Shown one piece after another: positions 47,436 through 54,102 of a stretch of DNA of 54,102 nt. The notes under the pieces were generated by a model. It saw only the letters and a list, made by a program, of their open reading frames with translations, did no database searches and was not told the origin of the DNA. Every line of letters starts with the position of its first letter. Within the stretch, counting starts at the first letter, position 1. Origin of the DNA: Patescibacteria group bacterium UBA3531. Its GTDB lineage: Bacteria; Patescibacteriota; Minisyncoccia; Phycocordibacterales; UBA3531. A program made the translations under genes and the position numbers. The stretch covers positions 1-54,102 of the forward strand of contig DFOW01000002.1 in NCBI GenBank assembly GCA_002376885.1, given 5' to 3'.

Positions 47436-48392
47436 CTAAAATATACCTCTTAGAACCTTATACTCTCCATTAATCTTGCCGATAAAGATACGTTGTGGCC
47501 AACTATCCCCCTCATCATCAGGCTCATTAGGAAGATACCTAATAGGGCTCCTACCCTCTTTGTCCATTATTTGCACCAACCTGCCCTCGGCAACAAGGGA
47601 AAATTCAAGCTCGTCTTTATTTACAGGAGCAAGGGTATAACCCCCATTGTTGTTCAGACTGTATTGAAACTGTTCTTTTTGCTTTTCAAAATCAAGAGAT
47701 GAATATCTTGGAAAGGCAACAGCGAACTCTTCTATGGCTATTCTCTCTAATTCAAATATTCCATCTATATCTTTGTTCTTATGTTTCTCGTACAACACAT
47801 CAAAAAAACTAAGGAGTTCTTGTTTTGTTTTATTATTTAATGTAAGTACTTCGGCATTCTCCCACCTCCATTCTGCTGGTGCATTTTTAATAGAGAGTTT
47901 TCCTTTTAAGTTTAGAGGAAAATCAGTTTTCTCAGTTTTACTGTCCCACACTATTTCAGCAAGAGTAACTCCTTCTGGTTCTTCATTGTTTAAGAAGTAT
48001 CCTGGGAATTCCCCTTCTTCGTGAAGTGCTATACGAACTCTTACTTTCGTATCTGGAGCCATAGAAGAAACAGAGAGTTCAAAAGTATTTTCTCCACCCA
48101 CAACAAAATCATTAATTGTTCTTGAACCGTAACGATTATTTATGCCAGGATTGTCATCGTCTTTATTAAATATTGGAATATCATTAACAGAACCAATTAG
48201 TTGTGGTCGTTCTGGAAGTATTTCATCGTTCTCAAGTGCGTACTCAAACCACAGCTCTTGTTTTAAGTAATCAATCTCTCGGTCATAGATTTTGTCTACT
48301 AATATTTTCTCTGTACTCATGCTAGAAGAATACCAGACTAAACCACCCCCTAGCAAAATAATCAGTAGGATAATAATCAGGCGTTTCCTCAT
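47436..48392 (-). CDS. Hypothetical secreted or membrane-anchored protein
   Basis: 318-aa ORF with N-terminal TM; sole gene between two att-like scars. Confidence 0.7.
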   Translation of the reverse strand: MRKRLIIILLIILLGGGLVWYSSSMSTEKILVDKIYDREIDYLKQELWFEYALENDEILPERPQLIGSVNDIPIFNKDDDNPGINNRYGSRTINDFVVGGENTFELSVSSMAPDTKVRVRIALHEEGEFPGYFLNNEEPEGVTLAEIVWDSKTEKTDFPLNLKGKLSIKNAPAEWRWENAEVLTLNNKTKQELLSFFDVLYEKHKNKDIDGIFELERIAIEEFAVAFPRYSSLDFEKQKEQFQYSLNNNGGYTLAPVNKDELEFSLVAEGRLVQIMDKEGRSPIRYLPNEPDDEGDSWPQRIFIGKINGEYKVLRGIF

Positions 48393-48518
48393 GCAAAAAG
48401 TATACCAACCTAGACGGAGAAAATCATCGGGGTCGCTGGTTGGACGAGTTAAGAACCCTCAACTGGAGAGAAATTGAAAGAGAATTAGAGATATTTTCCC
48501 AAACTATGCACCCTGCCC

Positions 48519-48932
48519 TTACTGTCTAATTTTCCAGATAACTGCAAGAAGTAGAAGCACATACACCCCAATTACTTTGATAGTATCCCAAAAATACACA
48601 TTGGGAAGGATAAGAGCTGTACCAAACAGTGAAGCTAAAATAACGGCTAGTAGCGTGACCACTACATAAGGATATTTTTCTATACTGGTATCTTTGTATC
48701 CTTCTGGAGTTTTCTTAAATCCCCACAAGGGTCTTCTTAAGTTTTCAAAACGTGGCAAAGAGTAGACGTAGCTTGTTAAAACAAAAAACACAAACAAAAC
48801 AATTGTTGCGATTATCATTCTGGAAGAAACCTCTCCATATTTCTCAAGATAGATAAAGTGAACATACAAAACAATCAGTCCGACTGCTATGGAAAAAAGA
48901 AGTTTCGCAACTGTACTAAGCCACGATTTCAT
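48519..48932 (-). CDS. Hypothetical 4-TM membrane protein
   Basis: Hydrophobic ORF coupled to the upstream gene. Confidence 0.6.
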   Translation of the reverse strand: MKSWLSTVAKLLFSIAVGLIVLYVHFIYLEKYGEVSSRMIIATIVLFVFFVLTSYVYSLPRFENLRRPLWGFKKTPEGYKDTSIEKYPYVVVTLLAVILASLFGTALILPNVYFWDTIKVIGVYVLLLLAVIWKIRQ

Positions 48933-49582
48933 TAGTTAAAAATCTCCGAGAGATTGTTGGGGCTTCCTGTATAGTTACTTGTTTCAAATAGTGACGATGA
49001 CCGAATGCCAGAGCTCTTTCTTACAACAATGGAATAGGTATAGTCTTTCCCAAACAAGAAGATGTCTTCGTGGGTTCCCTCTCCAAAAGTATCTAAGCGA
49101 AAGCCCTTGAGGCCATTTACTTCCACATTTTCATATTTGATGTTTGCACTTGTTGCCACTTCTTTTATTTTGCTTGAAGCTGACTCATACGTTTCTCCAC
49201 TCTCACTTGCACTAGGGCCAAACAGTCTCTTTCCTCCTCCCACCTTGTCATACACAACAAATTGTATCTCTGGGTCGGAGCTATCGGTGCTATAAAACGC
49301 TACTCCTAGTTGCTTTCCCAGTAAACCTTCGTCTTTATCTTCTCCAACATTTAGTTCTTTTGGATAGCGTAACTCAAAATCATATTGACTAGTACGGTAT
49401 ATGTTCATATCCTCTGCACCAGAAGATATTTCTTTTTCGCTACCATTTTCTTGAGTCTGCTCTGTATCTATTTCAGAATTAGGAGCTTCCTCTTGGTTTT
49501 GATACACAAAGTAACCACCTATAACAAGAATGATTATGATAACAAGTGTTGTAATTATTTTATTCATATCCAAAGCTATCAA
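48932..49582 (-). CDS. Membrane-anchored PsbP-like fold protein
   Basis: TM followed by YRTSQYDFELRYP and VEVNGLKG patterns. Confidence 0.5.
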   Translation of the reverse strand: MIALDMNKIITTLVIIIILVIGGYFVYQNQEEAPNSEIDTEQTQENGSEKEISSGAEDMNIYRTSQYDFELRYPKELNVGEDKDEGLLGKQLGVAFYSTDSSDPEIQFVVYDKVGGGKRLFGPSASESGETYESASSKIKEVATSANIKYENVEVNGLKGFRLDTFGEGTHEDIFLFGKDYTYSIVVRKSSGIRSSSLFETSNYTGSPNNLSEIFN

Positions 49583-49869
49583 CTATTTAGATAAATTGTG
49601 AGAAAGATTACAGCAACTATAGTAAAAGAAATCAGAAATGTCCATCTTAGTGGTTTTGATAGTTGTTGTGAAGTGTCCCGTGATTTAAGTTGATGTACAC
49701 CAATCACAAAACCTATCAAACCAGCAATCATTGCATACAGCCATATTCCACACAAACCCCAACACTCATACAAGATTTCACTTGTATCTCCTAGCAAAAT
49801 ACTTGCCCCAGGAAAGATAAGGAGTAAGCTACCAAGAATTATTATGACTCCTTCTATGTTTAATTTCAT
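49579..49869 (-). CDS. Hypothetical 3-TM membrane protein
   Basis: Hydrophobic ORF with TATACT directly upstream. Confidence 0.55.
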   Translation of the reverse strand: MKLNIEGVIIILGSLLLIFPGASILLGDTSEILYECWGLCGIWLYAMIAGLIGFVIGVHQLKSRDTSQQLSKPLRWTFLISFTIVAVIFLTIYLNS

Positions 49870-49887
49870 ATAAAAAGTATATCAAAT

Positions 49888-50202
49888 TTATTTAGGCTCT
49901 ACTTTAGCAACTTCTTCAAAATTACCAAGTGCTTCTATGTCTCCATATTCTCTATGCTTGCTGAGTATCTTTTGAACACCAGCATCAATGCTTTTGAGAT
50001 TTTCCATTGCTTTGTCTCGTGACTCTTTAGATTCCCAACTGGCAATTGCTATAAACTTTCCCTCCTCTCCGTTTTTCTTATACAGCTTCGTCCCTTGAGC
50101 ACCTTCCTGTTTTTGGATTATCGTACTTCCATTCTTCCACGCTTGAATATAGTCTTCTTCGGAACAACCGTCCTTAATAGTTATTTCAAATATATATTTC
50201 AT
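49888..50202 (-). CDS. Antibiotic biosynthesis monooxygenase (ABM) family protein
   Basis: IKDG.EEDYIQAW...GAQGTKLY...FIAIASWESKE. Confidence 0.8.
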   Translation of the reverse strand: MKYIFEITIKDGCSEEDYIQAWKNGSTIIQKQEGAQGTKLYKKNGEEGKFIAIASWESKESRDKAMENLKSIDAGVQKILSKHREYGDIEALGNFEEVAKVEPK

Positions 50203-50735
50203 TGCGTTTGTTTAACTCGTACAGTTTCCGTCATTTTTACCGTACTCACATACCCCAACACATCAACATCAGGGTCATAGAGCTCAATCATATCAAGGTC
50301 GGTTCGGTCAAAAACTCGTGCTCCCTTGAGTCGTTTTGTCCCATCAAGAAGCGATTGTTTTAGTTTTGTATATTCGTCTGGTTCAAGATAGAAATCAACA
50401 TCCCCTACGTGGTGTCTGTATGGGTCTGGTTTTCTGATGTAGAGATGCGTATAGGTTGTTTCTGGAACTCCATCTTTTTCAGGAATAGTAATTGGCTCGT
50501 GAAGCTTATAGTATTTTTGTTTTGGATTATCTGATGGTTCGGTCATTTCTTCTCTCAATTTTGTAAGAAAATTATACTCATCTTCGTAGTGACAAAAGAC
50601 CCCCATATTCCCTGCATTGGGTAAGTATTTACCGAAACTTTGATGGCACAACTTATGACACTCAAAATGAATGTGCTTGATGGCTTCAAGTAAACCCTCT
50701 TTACTTTTTATTGGACTAAATCGGTAGAGTTTCAT
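50199..50735 (-). CDS. Hypothetical protein
   Basis: 178-aa ORF coupled to neighbours; LYIRKPDPYR..VGDVDF. Confidence 0.7.
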   Translation of the reverse strand: MKLYRFSPIKSKEGLLEAIKHIHFECHKLCHQSFGKYLPNAGNMGVFCHYEDEYNFLTKLREEMTEPSDNPKQKYYKLHEPITIPEKDGVPETTYTHLYIRKPDPYRHHVGDVDFYLEPDEYTKLKQSLLDGTKRLKGARVFDRTDLDMIELYDPDVDVLGYVSTVKMTETVRVKQTQ

Positions 50736-50737
50736 AT

Positions 50738-51061
50738 CTAAATTCCTATTTCAACTTTCCAGTTCATAGGAATAAGAGTGAGGTTTAGAGGATGGGCAAA
50801 ACTGTTACTTTCCTTCCATTCTGTCAGACGACTTTTGATTTCTCCTATTAACTGGTCTGCATCTTTTATTTTGTGAGCACTCATCTCAACAAACACCTCT
50901 ATCGGAGCAACTTTTATCTTGATTTGAGAACTGTTTGCATAAACAAAAACATCCTCAATTTCCGTTACCTCAGAGACAATATCCCTGACCCCATTAGAAA
51001 GAGACCTTGTTTCCTCTTCGGTTACTTTTTCATTATCATACTCAATTCGTACAAGAGGCAT
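50738..51061 (-). CDS. Tautomerase-like hypothetical protein
   Basis: Begins MPLVRIEY (Pro-1) with a beta-alpha-beta pattern. Confidence 0.5.
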   Translation of the reverse strand: MPLVRIEYDNEKVTEEETRSLSNGVRDIVSEVTEIEDVFVYANSSQIKIKVAPIEVFVEMSAHKIKDADQLIGEIKSRLTEWKESNSFAHPLNLTLIPMNWKVEIGI

Positions 51062-51070
51062 AGTGAAAGT

Positions 51071-51196
51071 CTACCACGAGAAGTGTTCATCAAGGACTTT
51101 ATCAATCAGGGTATATAAAGCATCCCTAAGTTCTTCTACTTGCTTGTCTGAAAGGTCATCACCAAGATACTTTCTGCATTCCTCAATTGAAAGCAT
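51071..51196 (-). CDS. Small hypothetical protein
   Basis: MLSIEECRKYLGDDLSDKQVEELRDALYTLID; likely start ATG 51196. Confidence 0.55.
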   Translation of the reverse strand: MLSIEECRKYLGDDLSDKQVEELRDALYTLIDKVLDEHFSW

Positions 51197-51201
51197 ATGA
51201 A

Positions 51202-51396
51202 CTAGCTTATGTTTAGAGAAATTAGATAAATTATATAAGAAAAAATAACCGCACTGATTGCCATAACAACCCTTCCATAAACCTTCTCTGCTATGTCTGA
51301 TAAAAACTTCCAAAGAAGTTTAATCGGTTTCCAAATAAAAAAACTGAAAATTGGTATTACAAAATCATTCAACAAGTCTCTATTATTTCTTCGCAT
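51202..51396 (-). CDS. Small hypothetical membrane protein
   Basis: 64-aa ORF with a hydrophobic C-terminus, co-oriented with the island genes. Confidence 0.45.
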   Translation of the reverse strand: MRRNNRDLLNDFVIPIFSFFIWKPIKLLWKFLSDIAEKVYGRVVMAISAVIFSYIIYLISLNIS

Positions 51397-51419
51397 AAGA
51401 TTTTCTATTATCCCTAATT

Positions 51420-51781
51420 TGAATGATTTGAGAATTACTAAGGATGTTTATGACAAAAAACACCAGGAGTATCACGACCAGATGCAGTCACTCAATCTTG
51501 AATTAGAAGAACACGACAAGGGTAATTTTGAATATCATATTACCGTAGCTCGGGTCTTTTCTTTGGCTACTCGTGCACAAGAATTATTTGAGAGTTCTGA
51601 AACAGATGAAAAACGAGCGTTTTTGAATTATTTACTTCAGAACCCAACCGTAAAAAGAAAAAAGCCAGTATTTCCATTGCGTTCTCCTTACGACACAGTC
51701 CTTAAAGTGGCTGGTCGTCCTAATCGGGGTGCTCGGAGAGAATCGAACTCTCATCACAGCTTCCACAGAGCTGAGTGTTAA
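51420..51781 (+). pseudogene. C-terminal remnant of a large serine recombinase reading into tRNA-His antisense
   Basis: ITKDVYDKKHQEY...LATRAQELFESSETDEKRAFLNYLLQN...LRSPYD coiled-coil and tail pattern; no catalytic domain; ends RGARRESNS inside the tRNA. Confidence 0.65.
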
Positions 51782-51800
51782 CCGTTACACCACGAGCACC
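51728..51800 (-). tRNA. tRNA-His(GTG)
   Basis: G-1 plus GTGCTCG acceptor, CAGCT-CTGTGGA-AGCTG anticodon arm, GAGAG-TTCGATT-CTCTC T arm, C discriminator; CCA not encoded (CCG follows). Confidence 0.95.
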
Positions 51801-51806
51801 ATATCT

Positions 51807-52277
51807 CTATACAACAACGTTGTAGTGGTGTATAAGATGGTGGCAATTATGGCACACCCACACAAGATTGTTAAGCTTATTGTTTAATCTATTTTGATCC
51901 TTGTGGTGTACAGCAAGAATCCTTTTATCTCTTGTCTTACATAACTTACAAGTCTGTGGGACCTTATTTCTAGCCAAAACAGACTTATATGCCGTTTTCC
52001 CGTGTACCCAGTTGGCATGTTTCTCCCCTATAAACTCCGAGTTCCTCCATTTTGTCTGGCATGATTTACTACAAAAATATTTCTTACTTTTTGAAGTTTT
52101 GAGCTTTGCTAGTGGTTTATAGGAAACCTTCTTACAAATAAAACAGGGGACATTTCTTCCTTTTCTTGCTCCTTTATATTGGCAAGCAGATGAACAGTAC
52201 TTCCCTCCCCCATTTCTCAAAAAGAATGGCTTCGCGTAAAATTCCTTTTTGCAAAGTTTACACTTAACTTGTGGCAT
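51807..52277 (-). CDS. HNH endonuclease with N-terminal Cys-rich zinc-binding repeats
   Basis: CKLC...YCSSAC, CFIC...FCSKSC, then CKLC...VHHKDQNRLNN...NLVWVCHNCHHLIH. Confidence 0.85.
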   Translation of the reverse strand: MPQVKCKLCKKEFYAKPFFLRNGGGKYCSSACQYKGARKGRNVPCFICKKVSYKPLAKLKTSKSKKYFCSKSCQTKWRNSEFIGEKHANWVHGKTAYKSVLARNKVPQTCKLCKTRDKRILAVHHKDQNRLNNKLNNLVWVCHNCHHLIHHYNVVV

Positions 52278-52351
52278 ATATCTATTTTATCTTGAAAAAT
52301 ATCCTAGGTAAACAATACCACTTGTGGAAATTTAGAAGTTTTTATGACAAC

Positions 52352-52909
52352 CTACTCGTACGTAGGAGATTGCTCTTTTATACCAGACTTGGCATTAATA
52401 AGTCTAGAAAGAGCGTACAAAAGAGAAGAGAGTCTGTTTAAATATTGGAGAGTATGTTCCCCCACTTTTGCCTCTTCTTCTTCACATGCTTTTACCACCC
52501 GTCGCTCGGCACGGCGTGATACTGCACGCGCATAATCTACCATTGCCGATAGTTGCTCTCCTCCTGCAACCTTAAACATTTTGATTGGCGGTAATTCTTT
52601 TTCAATATCTGCAATAACACCCTCAACTTGTTTTACCTTCTCTTCTGTAATTCGTGTGGTTGCCCCGGCCACCTCTCCCTGAACAATAAAAAGATTTTGT
52701 TGAATATCGTTTAAAGTATCTGCCAAAGAGTGGTTTCCCTCTTTTGTTTCAAAATCTTCTTTTTCTGCTTTTACTTTGCAGACTCCCAAAAATGAATTGA
52801 GTTCATCGAGTTCGCCCAGTGCCTCGGGGCGCGCACTTGCTTTTGACACTCGTTTATCGCTTCCAAAAAATCCCGTCTCTCCTTTGTCTCCTTTACGTGT
52901 GTAGAGCAT
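52352..52909 (-). CDS. PduO-type ATP:cob(I)alamin adenosyltransferase
   Basis: LYTRKGDKGETG, ALGELDELNS, RAVSRRAERR, YLNRLSS. Confidence 0.93.
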   Translation of the reverse strand: MLYTRKGDKGETGFFGSDKRVSKASARPEALGELDELNSFLGVCKVKAEKEDFETKEGNHSLADTLNDIQQNLFIVQGEVAGATTRITEEKVKQVEGVIADIEKELPPIKMFKVAGGEQLSAMVDYARAVSRRAERRVVKACEEEEAKVGEHTLQYLNRLSSLLYALSRLINAKSGIKEQSPTYE

Positions 52910-53495
52910 GTTTTTGTTTTCGTTTTTTGCGGGCGTGTTCTAGATTCCAGATTTCATCGTAGAGTTTGTGCCATGATTTTACTCGGTGTGCGATACCCAT
53001 CTCATCGTACTTTTCGTTATACCCCCAACTAAACAAATATCGGTGAGGAACGACATCCATCATTTGGGAAAGCTGAATCAAAAGATCGTCAACATATATA
53101 TCAAACCCTTTTACGGCATCGTGCTTTGTGTTTTCAAAACCAATTCCTTCAATGGGCAAGTGTAAATGATGTTTTTTTAGCCATTTGTTTGCGACATCGA
53201 GCGCAACACCCGTGCGCGCAGTAACAATTTTTACCTCGTGTCCATCAGCCTGGAGCTTTTTTATATTAGTAACCGCCCCACGAACGGGTTCCATAAATAA
53301 ATGAGCATCAATGTCTTCATAAATCAATTTTTTAAAGGCAATATAGCCATCACGAGAAAGAATTTTGTTTTCGATAATATAAAAAGCGTCGGCTTTTGTG
53401 TGAGGAACAGAGACCCCATACACTTTTTTAAGTACAAAAGCTTTCAGTTTCCCTAAATTAGAAACCACTCCATCAAAATCGAGTCCAATCTTCAT
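52893..53495 (-). CDS. HAD-superfamily (5'-nucleotidase-like) protein
   Basis: IGLDFDGV, IVTAR, IYVDD, WGYN. Confidence 0.8.
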   Translation of the reverse strand: MKIGLDFDGVVSNLGKLKAFVLKKVYGVSVPHTKADAFYIIENKILSRDGYIAFKKLIYEDIDAHLFMEPVRGAVTNIKKLQADGHEVKIVTARTGVALDVANKWLKKHHLHLPIEGIGFENTKHDAVKGFDIYVDDLLIQLSQMMDVVPHRYLFSWGYNEKYDEMGIAHRVKSWHKLYDEIWNLEHARKKRKQKHALHT

Positions 53496-53521
53496 GAAGA
53501 CAGTTTAGCATAGATCTTTTT

Positions 53522-53716
53522 GAGAGGATTTGGTCATGGAGAGGAGTTGAATGTTTTTTATGGCAGAGGATTTGGTCACAACTCTCACTACGCTCGGTCG
53601 CGACCCCGCCTCAGTGCTTCATCTGCCCCCGGCAGCGCACTTCCGGCTTTCAAATCCTCTCCTGGGCACAGGTATCAATAATGACCGGCTGAAACCGGTC
53701 ATTATTGATACCTGTG
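53522..53716. repeat. Structured element with a tRNA-3'-end-like terminus plus a 22-bp perfect hairpin
   Basis: AGAGGATTTG/CAAATCCTCT IR (53565-53660), TTCAAATCCTCTCCTGGGCACA, hairpin 53667-53716. Confidence 0.55.
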
Positions 53717-53749
53717 TCTCTATTTTACCAAGCTCGCACCTATTTCCAA

Positions 53750-54070
53750 AAGAGATGAGCCACGCGCGGAGCGCGTGGTAGCTATGAACGACATCGTACA
53801 CTCCGACCACGTGGTGATACTAACTCATACCGCCAGCGCCTTCGCTTCACTCCGGCGCTCAGCCCTCGCCCCGTTTCCGCCCTCCATACTTTTCTTTTTG
53901 CGGGGGGATTTTAAAAAAATTTAATGGGCGGAAAGCGGGGCTCGGTCGGCTTCCACTAAGTCGTGGAAGTGGCGTCATTCGTAAGTGGTGCCGGAAGGTC
54001 TATTCTACTTATTTTGCGTTCATTGCTAAAGGGATGGCACCCTCGAAATCGTCACCACCCGCGCCGGAAA
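53750..54070. repeat. Pair of divergent GC-rich structured elements
   Basis: GGGCGGAAACGGGGC (minus, 53882-53868) and GGGCGGAAAGCGGGGC (plus, from 53926), each followed by nested stems. Confidence 0.45.
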
Positions 54071-54102
54071 GAATGTTTACGATTGCATCGCCTCGATTGT
54101 AT

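Larger units (their letters stand above)
47407..51730. mobile_element. Decayed composite island integrated at the tRNA-His 3' end
   Basis: Core TCGGGGT at 47407, 48427 and 51724; recombinase remnant at the tRNA end; co-oriented accessory genes in between. Confidence 0.6.

Noticed and set aside
53522-54102. RNase P RNA, tmRNA, CRISPR array or intact tRNA
   Set aside because: No GAGGAAAGUCC, no tmRNA termini, no regularly spaced repeats, no complete cloverleaf

Overview
A 54-kb chromosomal window from a low-GC Patescibacteria (CPR) genome, most likely Parcubacteria. This assignment rests on the protein families present, IleRS with an inserted phosphatase domain, a tandem-domain ThyX, secE-nusG-rplK with no rplA downstream, and the standard genetic code. 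Housekeeping genes include ftsK, recA, efp, rpsF-ssb-rpsR, tatD, metG, recO, ileS, argS and pgi. Surface genes include an O-antigen-ligase-like protein, a large S-layer-like protein and a membrane-anchored pectate lyase. Several GC-rich cassettes carry their own -35/-10 promoters, Shine-Dalgarno sites and terminators, while host genes look leaderless. A decayed island sits at tRNA-His. Main observations: (1) a wHTH gene whose coding sequence is packed with a TGTCYNTWA motif that recurs in the leader of the adjacent S-layer-like gene; (2) two att-like scars plus a serine-recombinase remnant at the tRNA-His 3' end, suggesting serial integration with swapping of the recombinase C-terminus; (3) several families of structured intergenic repeats, one showing covariation; (4) a candidate stand-alone ~155-nt structured RNA. 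All product calls are from motif recognition by eye; no database searches were run.
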